Shown here: in pieces, positions 7,796 to 17,228 of the stretch | How positions within the stretch are numbered: the first letter of the stretch is position 1 | Layout: the number at the start of each line of letters is the position of its first letter | DNA from: Clostridia bacterium | GTDB taxonomy: Bacteria > Bacillota > Clostridia > Christensenellales > CAG-314 | DNA length: 32,110 nt | NCBI GenBank assembly: GCA_017505015.1 | Contig: JAFVQA010000165.1 | Span: forward strand, 1 to 32,110 | Direction of reading: 5' to 3' | Made by a program: the position numbers and the translations under genes | The notes under the pieces: generated by a model | What the model was told of the DNA's origin: nothing | Seen by the model: the letters and a program-made list of their open reading frames with translations, nothing else | The model's database searches: none

Positions 7796-8971
7796 TTATT
7801 CTATCACAACAGAAAACTCTTGTGTTGTTTCTTTTGCCGTTTTGTCAATGGCAATGCTGAATTTATATCCTGCTTCCAAAACATCATGCAAATTGAAAAT
7901 AAGTTGTTGGATAATCTGATTTGTGTGTTCTGCAATTTTTGCGCCTTTTTTAAACGTGCCACCCATAAATTTGACGGTGCTTGTAGGAATGATTTCTACA
8001 CTGTTGTTAAACGTGCCACCATATACGTTTACCACGCCACTCATCTCTGTTTCGCAAAAACTTCCACCATATACAGACACCGTGCCGTGGAAAGAAACAA
8101 TCGCACCGGTTGAAGCATGATGTTCGTCATACAAGTCTGTAAAAACACCGCCTTTTATAACAGCTGTGCCTTCAAGCACGTCAAAAGGCGAACTTCCTGC
8201 AAACACAAGGTTGCCCTTTTTGTCTTCTGTCTCGGCATAACCACCAATGATATGCACGCTTTCCATTATTTTTCCGCCATAAAAATATGCTTTGGCATTG
8301 TTTCCCTGACTGTAAACCGAACCAATTTGGCCATTTTCTATCACAACTTTGCCATAGTTTTCTATGCCAGGTGTAAAATAAATTGTGCCATAGTTTGGGT
8401 TGATTTTGCTTTCGCCAACAATGCCATTTTTTATTATCGCTGTGCCTGTGTTTTTTATGGCATAACCGTTTGGCTCTTGCTGGGTTGTATAAATTGTGCC
8501 ATCGTCAACAACCAGATTTCCACTGTTTGCAATGCCATAATATCCTGCAATCGTGCCACCGTCAACTTGTGTTTCACCCAAATTTGTTATACCGTTTGTG
8601 TTGCCACTTGCCTTTATTATTGCACCATTGACAACAAGTTTTCCTTCTGTTTTAAAAAGACAGTCAAAATCGCCACTACCATTAACGTTGCCGTTTTTAA
8701 CAGTAAGGGTTGCACCACTTTTTATAACAATCGGTTTTTGCAAAGTAAGCATCCTTGCACCAAGATCAAGCGTGAGGTCTTGATTTACAAAAATCTCGTC
8801 GTCACACGTCATATCTTTTTCTAAAAGAACAACGTCGCCTTTTTCTGCATTGGCTATCATTTTTGAAAAACTTTCGTTTGAACAACCACAAAGCAATGGA
8901 AAGCAAAAACAAATGACCATAACAAACAAAAGTATGGCAATTTTTTTTGTTTTTTTGTTAAAAATCTTCAT
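7796..8971 (-). CDS. Lipoprotein with right-handed beta-helix-like repeats
   Basis: Lipobox LCGC; GDVVLLEKD..LTLDLG cap; recurring N.G.L.I..G.I / GG.F repeats. Confidence 0.8.
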   Translation of the reverse strand: MKIFNKKTKKIAILLFVMVICFCFPLLCGCSNESFSKMIANAEKGDVVLLEKDMTCDDEIFVNQDLTLDLGARMLTLQKPIVIKSGATLTVKNGNVNGSGDFDCLFKTEGKLVVNGAIIKASGNTNGITNLGETQVDGGTIAGYYGIANSGNLVVDDGTIYTTQQEPNGYAIKNTGTAIIKNGIVGESKINPNYGTIYFTPGIENYGKVVIENGQIGSVYSQGNNAKAYFYGGKIMESVHIIGGYAETEDKKGNLVFAGSSPFDVLEGTAVIKGGVFTDLYDEHHASTGAIVSFHGTVSVYGGSFCETEMSGVVNVYGGTFNNSVEIIPTSTVKFMGGTFKKGAKIAEHTNQIIQQLIFNLHDVLEAGYKFSIAIDKTAKETTQEFSVVIE

Positions 8972-8983
8972 ATCATCTCTCCT

Positions 8984-10555
8984 TTATTGCCATACAATGC
9001 TGAAATTTGCCTCTGTATAATTGAGTAACGTATTGATATCCTGTTCTGACTCAAACCTGCATCCATCTGCAAGCAAATCTGACAAAACAGTTGCATAGGT
9101 CGGGTCAAAATACATTCTTTCTATCATTGCACCACCTTTAAAAATGCCCCCTGACAAAGTTGTTTTACCATTGCTATACACAATGATTGCCCACTTGCCC
9201 TCGATCGTGCCACCTGATACTTCCAAATCTGCACCACTTGAACATATGCCATAAAAATCGCCTTCACCTTTGATTGTTCCACCACTTACAACAACTTTAC
9301 CTTTTGTGCAAAGTATTGAACCTTGTATGCTACCACCACTAATTACAATTTCAGTATTACTGCTGTTGCTGTAACTTCTAATCGCCAACTCCTGATCCTG
9401 ATAGTGTGAAATAACCCCACCCTTTACAAACAGTTTTGAGTCGGTTTTGTTTTCGATACCTGCCACAAAACCACTTTCAATTTCAACAACACCTTGCAAA
9501 AAGTTTCCAATATCATCTGTCATAGAGTTGTTAACAATAGCCCATGCGTCAGCTGTAATTTCACTTTGTTTTACAACAAGTTTGCCTCCTGCAAAATTTG
9601 TTACACCATATGTGTTGCCTGTGACTGTGCAGTTTTCCAAAATTAGTTTTTCCGACTGATTGCTAATTGCAGATTCGGCATTTTCCCAAGAGGTTATCGT
9701 GCAGTTTTTAAAGTGCGATTCTCCACCCAAAACAGTCACACCATGCAAAATCAAACCTTCGACATCAATTGCACCCAGGGCCGAAATATCATTTACCGTT
9801 GAATCTATATTTGCATTTTTAATTGTTGTTTTTGAGCCTTTTGAAGTATACAAACCTTCAGCATTACTCGTTATTTGTATTGGTTGAGACTGACTGCCCT
9901 CAATTTTGAGCAAAGCTCCATAGTTTCGCAATGGATCACTTATATTTGTGCTACCAAACGAGCCACCAGTAATGACACCTTCGCCATAGTTTGAGCAAGA
10001 ATCAACGTAACCGCCTGAAATCAACAAATTTCCATAAACCGTAATTCGGTTCACATTGCCACTTGTCATTTCAAAATCACCTTGTGTTTCTATTGTTTGA
10101 TTTACAGAAGATATTCTGCCACCATCTATTTTCACTTTGCTGCCTAATGTGCCAAAAAGACAATTTTCGCCAAAGACAATTTCTGCACCTTTGCCAACAA
10201 CAAGATTGCCCTTAACAACAAATTCTTTGGTTGGTTTTACAGTGCCGTTTGTTAAAGTGAGTGTTGCACCTTCGCCAATCTCAAAATCTTCTATTGATTT
10301 CAACACCTTTCCACCAAGATCAATTGCAATAGATTTGTTTACAAACACTTCTCGGTTGCAAGAGAGATTTTCGGTCATATACACTGTGTCACCCGTTTCG
10401 GCATTTTGCAGAGCATCATACAAATCGGCATATTCGCCAGGTATTTTGTTTGCTTTGCAATTGTTTATCAAAATAACTGTCAAAATGCCACCCATAACAA
10501 GCAGTGCCACCACCAGAGATATAATTATTATCAGATTTTTTTTGCTTTTTATCAT
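8984..10555 (-). CDS. N-terminally anchored beta-helix repeat protein, paralogue of 7796-8971
   Basis: N-terminal TM helix; shares the NAE.GD.V..IDLG start and the GG.FK.GA.I..DLL..G..F..FSIV end; AAGGTGA RBS before the ATG at 10555. Confidence 0.8.
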   Translation of the reverse strand: MIKSKKNLIIIISLVVALLVMGGILTVILINNCKANKIPGEYADLYDALQNAETGDTVYMTENLSCNREVFVNKSIAIDLGGKVLKSIEDFEIGEGATLTLTNGTVKPTKEFVVKGNLVVGKGAEIVFGENCLFGTLGSKVKIDGGRISSVNQTIETQGDFEMTSGNVNRITVYGNLLISGGYVDSCSNYGEGVITGGSFGSTNISDPLRNYGALLKIEGSQSQPIQITSNAEGLYTSKGSKTTIKNANIDSTVNDISALGAIDVEGLILHGVTVLGGESHFKNCTITSWENAESAISNQSEKLILENCTVTGNTYGVTNFAGGKLVVKQSEITADAWAIVNNSMTDDIGNFLQGVVEIESGFVAGIENKTDSKLFVKGGVISHYQDQELAIRSYSNSSNTEIVISGGSIQGSILCTKGKVVVSGGTIKGEGDFYGICSSGADLEVSGGTIEGKWAIIVYSNGKTTLSGGIFKGGAMIERMYFDPTYATVLSDLLADGCRFESEQDINTLLNYTEANFSIVWQ

Positions 10556-10600
10556 ATTTGTCACCTTTCAAAAAAGTGCATTTTTCAACTTTATAATTTT

Positions 10601-10629
10601 ATTATACACAATATGATATGTCTTTTCAA
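10601..10629 (-). promoter_or_regulatory. Promoter of the beta-helix cassette
   Basis: TTGAAA-17 bp-TATAAT on the minus strand. Confidence 0.72.
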
Positions 10630-10660
10630 TACCCTCCCACACACACAAAGTTTTGTCAAC

Positions 10661-10692
10661 AAAAAAGAGTGTCTTTCGACACTCTTTAATTT
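10661..10692 (-). terminator. Terminator of the NSS transporter gene; copy 2 of the 32-bp direct repeat
   Basis: Same sequence as 7760-7791, 6 bp after the stop codon. Confidence 0.88.
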
Positions 10693-10698
10693 GTTATG

Positions 10699-12102
10699 TT
10701 AAAATGCAAAAATGTTTGGCCAGAAGAAAGTAACAATGCTAATCACGATAAAGATTGACAAAAGCACTGGCAAAACGTATTTCATATAAGTTTTCATCCA
10801 AGGTTTTACTTTAAAACCTTTGCCTGTGTTTGCTTCGTTAACAAAATTGTCCCAGCCCCAGCCTTTTTTGCTTGTGCAGAACAAAACGAACACCAATGAG
10901 CCGATTGGCAACAACAAAGTAGAAACGATAAAGTCTTCAAGATCCATAATGTTTGTGCCAGGTTTTACAAAGACAAAAGGTTCAAAGCCAGACCACAAGT
11001 TAAAGCCAAGCACGCAAGGGATTGACAACACAAACAAACCTATGCCTGCAACTATGCAAATCTTTTTTCTGCTCCAGTTTGTAAGGTCTTGAATACATGC
11101 CAAAATGTTTTCAAACACGGCAAAAATCGTAGAAAGTGCCGCGAAAGAAAGGAACAAAAAGAACAAACTTCCCCACAACTGACCAAGTGGCATATGGTTG
11201 AACACGTTTGGCAAAGTTTCGAAAATAAGTGCAGGGCCTGAGTTTACGTTGCCGTTGTTGTAAGTAAAGCATGCAGGGAAAATAATGAGGCCTGCAACCA
11301 AAGCAACACACGTATCAAGAATTGCAACGTTTACAGATTCGCCAAGCAAAGACCTGTCTTTGCCAAGATAACTGCCGAAAATAGCCATTGAGCCAATGCC
11401 AAGTGACAAAGTAAAGAATGCCTGACTCATTGCGGCTGTAATTACCTGAAAAATATTTACGCCATTGGCAGCCATATTATCAAAGTTTGGTATGAGATAA
11501 AATTTGAGGCCTTCTGCCGCACCGTCAAGGAAAAATCCGTTAAAGGCAAGCACCACCATAATTGCAAGCAAAGCAAGCATCATTACTTTTGTTACTTTTT
11601 CCAAACCGTTTTTAACGCCGAAAGAAAGCACCAAAAAGCCAACCACAACAACGATTGCAACAAACAAAGTCATCATACCAGGGTCGCTCACCATGTTGCC
11701 AAACTCACCACTTACACCGGCACTGTCAAGGCCGTTAAAGTCGCCTTTTATCATTTTTACAAAATATTGCAAAAGCCAGCCTGTAACAACTGTGTAAAAC
11801 ATCATGAGCACAACGTTGCCCACAAGTGCTGCCCAACCGTGCAACTTCCACTTGCTGTTTTTTGGAGCAAGTGCGTCATAAAGTTTAACAGGGCTTTTTT
11901 GACTTGCACGTCCAAGCGAAAACTCCATTGTCATTACAGGAATGCCCATAGCGACAAGAAAGAACAAATAAATAAGAACGAATATACCACCACCGTATTG
12001 GCCAACCATCCAAGGGAACTTCCACACGTTGCCAACACCAATGGCGCAGCCGGCACTAAGCAAAATAAAGCCAAGGCGACTGCCAAGTTTTTCTCTTTCC
12101 AT
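10699..12102 (-). CDS. Sodium-dependent transporter, NSS (SLC6/LeuT) family
   Basis: SAGCAIGVGNVWKFP..YGGG.F and QAFFTLSLGIG motifs. Confidence 0.95.
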   Translation of the reverse strand: MEREKLGSRLGFILLSAGCAIGVGNVWKFPWMVGQYGGGIFVLIYLFFLVAMGIPVMTMEFSLGRASQKSPVKLYDALAPKNSKWKLHGWAALVGNVVLMMFYTVVTGWLLQYFVKMIKGDFNGLDSAGVSGEFGNMVSDPGMMTLFVAIVVVVGFLVLSFGVKNGLEKVTKVMMLALLAIMVVLAFNGFFLDGAAEGLKFYLIPNFDNMAANGVNIFQVITAAMSQAFFTLSLGIGSMAIFGSYLGKDRSLLGESVNVAILDTCVALVAGLIIFPACFTYNNGNVNSGPALIFETLPNVFNHMPLGQLWGSLFFLFLSFAALSTIFAVFENILACIQDLTNWSRKKICIVAGIGLFVLSIPCVLGFNLWSGFEPFVFVKPGTNIMDLEDFIVSTLLLPIGSLVFVLFCTSKKGWGWDNFVNEANTGKGFKVKPWMKTYMKYVLPVLLSIFIVISIVTFFWPNIFAF

Positions 12103-12227
12103 AATATTTCTCCAAAAACCTGCAAAGCAGGGTTAATTTAAACTATACCCCAAAATTTTAACACTAATTTAAACCAATCGCAACAAAACAAACTTAAAAA
12201 ATACCTTTTAGCGATTGGTTTTTTGTT

Positions 12228-12731
12228 TTAAATCACTTTGCATTGACAACTTGCCATTACGTCAAGTGCATGTGCATGTTTTTGTGGAGTAAGTCCAGCG
12301 CACAAACTTCCGTGCACCACCACTTGCATATCCGGATAAAGTGCCTTTAAAATAAGTGCATTGCTGACAACACAAATATCTGTGCAAGTGCCGACTATTT
12401 CTGCAACGTCATAGCCGTCAAGTTGCCAGTCTTTGTATCCAAAAGTTGGCTTGTCTATCACTATTCCACCCCTTTTGTCAATTTCAGTTTTTATTTTGTC
12501 AACAATTTGCCAACCGTCACTGCCAGCAATACAATGTTCTACTGGCAAAAGTTTTCCTTCTGTCGTGTTGAGATAATCTGCCCCATGAGTATCTCTCGTG
12601 GCAATAACGTCGCCATCAAAATTTGCCACCATTTGCGCAACAGATTCTACAATGGCAAGTGCATCTTTGTTTGCAAGTGCACCTGTTACAAAATCATTTT
12701 GCATATCAATTACAATCAAAACTTTTTTCAT
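12228..12731 (-). CDS. Cysteine hydrolase, nicotinamidase/isochorismatase family
   Basis: IDMQNDF, DTH, HC, K and GTCTDICV catalytic motifs. Confidence 0.92.
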   Translation of the reverse strand: MKKVLIVIDMQNDFVTGALANKDALAIVESVAQMVANFDGDVIATRDTHGADYLNTTEGKLLPVEHCIAGSDGWQIVDKIKTEIDKRGGIVIDKPTFGYKDWQLDGYDVAEIVGTCTDICVVSNALILKALYPDMQVVVHGSLCAGLTPQKHAHALDVMASCQCKVI

Positions 12732-12789
12732 ATCATCACCTATATCGTTTTTTATATATTATCACTGTTTTCGTGTGTTTTCAATACAA

Positions 12790-12815
12790 AAAAGCACGGC
12801 TTTTGCCGTGCTTTT
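12790..12815 (-). terminator. Intrinsic terminator
   Basis: AAAAGCACGGC-tttt-GCCGTGCTTTT. Confidence 0.85.
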
Positions 12816-12843
12816 GTTTTATGTACAAAAAGTTAAAAATCAA

Positions 12844-13368
12844 TTACAAAAGATATTCATAAAGGTCAAATTTTGTCCAGCCTGTGTCTTCATAAAACAT
12901 GTCGATTGTTTGAACTTCTTTAAAGCCCATTTTTTCATAAAGCCTTTTTGCCGGAACACTGCCACTCAAAACGTCAAGACGCAATGCTTTTTGACCTGTT
13001 TCTTTGGCATATTCAATGGCTCTTGCCAACATTTTTTTGGCATGTCCTCTGCCGGTAAAATATGGGTGAACGCCAAAAATGTGAACAACCATAATTTCGT
13101 GCTGAGGAAACTCTCTTTGCCAGTCAACGTCAACGTAACCTGGGTTTGCTTTGTTGTCAAGCATCATTGCAGTAGCAATGCGACCATTGTCAAGACCAAT
13201 AAACAAGTTTTGGTCAAGCACGGCTTTTGTAATATATGCGTCGCTTGGATAAATGTTCTTTTTCCAGCACGGATTATATTTCGAGCCTTCCATAGCATCA
13301 ATAACATTATGATAATAATTGATAATTCTTTCGATTTCTTCTGTTTTTACTTTTCTGATTTCTAACAT
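12844..13368 (-). CDS. GNAT N-acetyltransferase
   Basis: VHPYFTGRGHAK acetyl-CoA motif and AKRLYEKMGF. Confidence 0.92.
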   Translation of the reverse strand: MLEIRKVKTEEIERIINYYHNVIDAMEGSKYNPCWKKNIYPSDAYITKAVLDQNLFIGLDNGRIATAMMLDNKANPGYVDVDWQREFPQHEIMVVHIFGVHPYFTGRGHAKKMLARAIEYAKETGQKALRLDVLSGSVPAKRLYEKMGFKEVQTIDMFYEDTGWTKFDLYEYLL

Positions 13369-13461
13369 AACTTATTATTTATCTGTTTTATCGTTTTGTT
13401 CTGTTTTTGCTTTACACAATACAATTTTTTGGAAATTCTTTATTTTTATAATAACCTTATC

Positions 13462-13615
13462 TTATACGTTAAAGCGGAACAACACAACGTCGCCGTCTTT
13501 CATTACGTATTCTTTACCTTCACTGCGAACTTTGCCATCTGCTTTTGCGTTGTTGTAATTTCCACATTCAAGCAAAACTTCATATGGCACTACTTCTGCA
13601 CGGATAAAGCCCTTT
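13462..13615 (-). pseudogene. Duplicated 3' end of ychF (last 50 codons plus stop)
   Basis: 154 bp matching 13658-13811 with 12 substitutions and only one amino-acid change (T/N). Confidence 0.93.
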
Positions 13616-13657
13616 GACGCGATTGACCTTCGGTAGCAATCGCTATAGCCAGGGCTT

Positions 13658-14755
13658 TTATACGTTAAATCTAAACAAGACAACGTCGCCGTCTTTCATT
13701 ACGTATTCTTTGCCTTCACTGCGAACTTTGCCATCTGCTTTTGCATTTGTATAGTTGCCACACTCAAGCAAAACTTCATATGGCACTACTTCTGCACGGA
13801 TAAAGCCCTTTTCAAAATCGCTGTGAATTTTGCCTGCTGCCTGTGGTGCTTTTGTGCCTTTTGCTATTGTCCATGCACGAGTTTCTGGCTCACCCGCTGT
13901 AAGATATGAAATAAGACCAAGCAAACTGTAGCATTTTTTTACAAGGCGGTTAAGGCCAGACTCTTCAATGCCAAATTCTTCATAAAAAACGGCACGGTCT
14001 TCGTCGTCCATCATAGACAAATCTTCTTCTACCTTGGCACAGATAACAAGCACTTCTGCATTTTCTTTGGCTGCTTGTTCTTTAAGTTGGTTTACAAGTG
14101 GCAAATCCTGTTCTGGTGTAGCAAGGTCGCTTTCTGCAATGTTTGCCGCATAGATAACAGGTTTGTCTGTAATGAGAAACAAACCGTCTACGTATGCTTT
14201 TTCTTCTTCGTCAAGCTCAACAGAACGAACAGGCATGCCCTTTTCTAGAGCATCGAGCAAACGTTGCAAAATTTCTGCCTCTATTTTATATTTTTTGTCA
14301 CCTGTTTTTTGCATATTTTTTGCTTTGTCAAGATATTTAGAAACACTTTCAAGGTCAGCAAGAATAAGCTCAAGGTTAATAATTTCCATATCGCGAACAG
14401 GGTCTACAGATTGTTCTACGTGAGTAATATTGCTGTCTTCAAAGCAACGAACAACGTGAACGATAGCGTCAACCTCGCGAATATGGCTCAAAAACTTGTT
14501 GCCAAGACCTTCGCCTTTAGAAGCACCCTTTACAAGACCCGCAATGTCAACAAACTTTAGAAAAGTGTGTGTAATTTTTTTGCTGTTGTAAAGTGCAGCA
14601 AGTTTGTCAAGGCGTTCGTCCGGAACGTCAACGATGCCAACGTTTGGTTCTATTGTGCAAAAAGGATAGTTTGCACTTTCTGCACCAGCATGAGTAATTG
14701 CATTAAAAAGTGTGCTTTTGCCAACGTTTGGCAATCCTACTACGCCAAGTTTCAT
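13658..14755 (-). CDS. ychF: Ribosome-binding ATPase YchF
   Basis: [40 protein letters not shown] and a TGS C-terminus; GGAG RBS before the ATG at 14755. Confidence 0.98.
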   Translation of the reverse strand: MKLGVVGLPNVGKSTLFNAITHAGAESANYPFCTIEPNVGIVDVPDERLDKLAALYNSKKITHTFLKFVDIAGLVKGASKGEGLGNKFLSHIREVDAIVHVVRCFEDSNITHVEQSVDPVRDMEIINLELILADLESVSKYLDKAKNMQKTGDKKYKIEAEILQRLLDALEKGMPVRSVELDEEEKAYVDGLFLITDKPVIYAANIAESDLATPEQDLPLVNQLKEQAAKENAEVLVICAKVEEDLSMMDDEDRAVFYEEFGIEESGLNRLVKKCYSLLGLISYLTAGEPETRAWTIAKGTKAPQAAGKIHSDFEKGFIRAEVVPYEVLLECGNYTNAKADGKVRSEGKEYVMKDGDVVLFRFNV

Positions 14756-14898
14756 ATATATCTCTCCAAAAAAACATTTTATTTTGTTTTTGCTAATATA
14801 ATTTAGTGGTTTTGTTTTTGCAAAAAAGGCAAAAATTACCACATATACATTTATTATAACAAAAAAAATTGATTTTGACTATTATGATAAGGTGATAT

Positions 14899-15654
14899 AT
14901 GACAGTTTTTTGTGCTTTTGTCCTAGGAATTGTGCAGGGTTTTACCGAATTTTTGCCAATTTCAAGCAGTGGCCACCTTATACTCACGCAAAAATTGTTT
15001 GGGTTGCAACCAGACCTTTTCCTTAACGTGGCAATGCATTTTGGCACTTTGGTTGCCGTTGTTGTTTTTTATAAAAAGCAGTTGTGGCAAATGTTAAAGC
15101 ACCCTTTTTGCAAAAAAGCAAAACTGGTTTATATTGCAACTTTACCAACGGTTGCAATAGGTTTTTTGGCAAAACTGTTTTTGCCATCTGCCCTTGACGG
15201 AGTTTTGTTGCCACTTGGTTTTGCCTTGACGTTTGTATTGCTGTTGACAAGTCAGTTTGCAAAAAAACAAAAACACAATTTGCTCACAACAAAATATGCA
15301 ACAGGGTTTTTGTGTGGCGTTGTGCAAGGCATTGCCGTTTTGCCAGGTCTTTCGCGAAGTGGTTCAACCATTTGCTTTTTAAAATTTTGCAAAACAAAAA
15401 ACAAAGATGCAACCGAACTTTCGTTTTTAATGAGCATACCCGTTATTTTAGGCAGCATGGTTTTGCTTGGGTTTGACGTTGTGCAAACGCAAACCGCAGT
15501 TGATATATTTCCTGTTTTTGTGGGCATGGCAACAAGTTTTGTTTTTGGCTATTTGTCACTTGGCATATTAAACAAAATTGCCCAAAGCGGAAATTTTGCA
15601 AACTTTGCCCCTTACGTTATTTTTCCATTTTTGCTGTCATGCATAATTTTATAA
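14899..15654 (+). CDS. uppP: Undecaprenyl-diphosphate phosphatase
   Basis: QGFTEFLPISSSGH and PGLSRSG motifs. Confidence 0.96.
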   Translation: MTVFCAFVLGIVQGFTEFLPISSSGHLILTQKLFGLQPDLFLNVAMHFGTLVAVVVFYKKQLWQMLKHPFCKKAKLVYIATLPTVAIGFLAKLFLPSALDGVLLPLGFALTFVLLLTSQFAKKQKHNLLTTKYATGFLCGVVQGIAVLPGLSRSGSTICFLKFCKTKNKDATELSFLMSIPVILGSMVLLGFDVVQTQTAVDIFPVFVGMATSFVFGYLSLGILNKIAQSGNFANFAPYVIFPFLLSCIIL

Positions 15655-15655
15655 C

Positions 15656-15687
15656 AAAAAAAGAGAAAGGATTTATCCTCTCTCTTT
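15656..15687. terminator. Bidirectional terminator
   Basis: AAAGAGA(A)AGGA-ttta-TCCT(C)TCTCTTT between convergent stop codons. Confidence 0.65.
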
Positions 15688-16897
15688 ATTTTTTGTTTTT
15701 TCGTTTTATTCGTGCAATAAGCCTTTTGTCATCATCATCTTCGCTGGTGCGGAACAATCCACGTCTGCGATAGCTTTTGTCTTTAACAGTGTTGTTCACA
15801 AGCACACCAAGACCTATTAACGTTGGCAGATAGAACGTGAGTATACGCCACAGCAACATGCCCCAAAACCTAAAACCACCGTCAAGCACTGCCACGATGA
15901 GATAAAAGAAACCTTCCATCGCGCCAGAACCACCCGGAGTAGGCACAAACGCACTTGCCGCATTTGTATATGCCATAAGCGCAATTACGTAAAACCAAGG
16001 CAAACTTTCACCACTGGCAAGCACAATAAAATACAAAGTAGAAAAATTTAACAACAAGCAGGCCAACGCCATAAAAAAGCCACCGATGAGCGTTTTTTTG
16101 TGGCAACCAATGAGTTTAAGGCTTTTGCTATAGTCATTAACGTAGTTGTCGAATTTATATTTTAATTTATCTGGATTTTTTACTATTTTTATTTTGTGCA
16201 ACAGGCTTATTACACAACGCAAAATTTTTTGTGCCGTTTTTGGAATGAAAGCAAACACCATTATAGAAAGTGGCATTGCAATCATGCAAAACGAACCAAC
16301 GTAAATTGCAACTTTGAGCCATGGGTTGTCAACAATTGCGCCAAACACACAAAAACAAACCACAACAAGCACAAAAAATGCAAGTTGTTGCATAAAAAAA
16401 CAAACTACAGGCAAACTTGTTGCAATGCCTGCAGGCACCTTGTGTTTGTGCAGATAATATATCTGATAAGGCTGACCACCTACTGCCGAAGGGGTGATAT
16501 TGTCAAAATATCTGCCCAGAATCATACTTTTGCTGGTGAGTTTTATACGCCATTGACCTGTTGCCCCACGCAAAAGCACTGCCTGACGAAAACCGTCTAA
16601 AAACAGCATGAGCAACACACAACCAAGAGCAGCCGCAATATAATGCCAGTTTTGCCCCCAGGTAGAAAGCACGAGCGACAAAGGATATTCTTTGTTATTG
16701 TTAAACTCGCTCACAGCAATAACGACAAGCACCACAACTGTAAGAAGCAAGAAAAAATAACCAAATCTGTTGGCTTTGCTTTTTCTGTCTTCAAGTTGTT
16801 TTGCCGTGCTGTCTGCCTTGTGGAGCTTAAACTCCTGCTCGGCAATTTCCATCTTTTTGTCAAAAGACGGTTGTTCGGTCAATTTTTTATCTTCCAT
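15686..16897 (-). CDS. Flippase-like domain protein (lysylphosphatidylglycerol synthase TM/UPF0104 family)
   Basis: NITPSAVGGQPYQ, PTPGGSGAMEG and WRILTFY motifs. ATG at 16897 preferred (apparently leaderless). Confidence 0.9.
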   Translation of the reverse strand: MEDKKLTEQPSFDKKMEIAEQEFKLHKADSTAKQLEDRKSKANRFGYFFLLLTVVVLVVIAVSEFNNNKEYPLSLVLSTWGQNWHYIAAALGCVLLMLFLDGFRQAVLLRGATGQWRIKLTSKSMILGRYFDNITPSAVGGQPYQIYYLHKHKVPAGIATSLPVVCFFMQQLAFFVLVVVCFCVFGAIVDNPWLKVAIYVGSFCMIAMPLSIMVFAFIPKTAQKILRCVISLLHKIKIVKNPDKLKYKFDNYVNDYSKSLKLIGCHKKTLIGGFFMALACLLLNFSTLYFIVLASGESLPWFYVIALMAYTNAASAFVPTPGGSGAMEGFFYLIVAVLDGGFRFWGMLLWRILTFYLPTLIGLGVLVNNTVKDKSYRRRGLFRTSEDDDDKRLIARIKRKNKK

Positions 16898-17228
16898 TTT
16901 TTTATTATAGTTTATTTGTTGGCAAAAGTCCACCCCTTTTAAAAATACCATACAAAATAAATTGTTTTTGTCAATCAAACACCCCTGCGTATTTTTATTT
17001 GCGGTGTGGGCAAACTTGTTTTATGACAAAATGCAACAAATGCAAAGCAAAACTGCAACAAAATTTTTGCATATGCAACGAATGTGGCAAAATTTTGTGC
17101 CAAAACTGTTCAAAACAAAACAACCACCTGTGCCCCGACTGTTTTAACAACACACATTTTGCATCATGACCATGTTGCACAAAGCTGTTTTGTATGTTAA
17201 AATAGCTTTGTATATAAAACGAGGTCAT

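Noticed and set aside
12171-12221. 11-bp inverted repeat AAACCAATCGC/GCGATTGGTTT with a ~29-nt loop
   Set aside because: Probably a weak terminator or operator between co-directional genes; too little evidence to call.
13462-13683. 73-aa ORF, or a programmed frameshift extending YchF
   Set aside because: The frame is open, but there is no RBS or clear slippery site; it is explained by the duplication.
13462-13811. Diversity-generating retroelement TR/VR pair (also considered for dfx)
   Set aside because: The differences are not adenine-specific and are almost all synonymous; no reverse transcriptase in the window.
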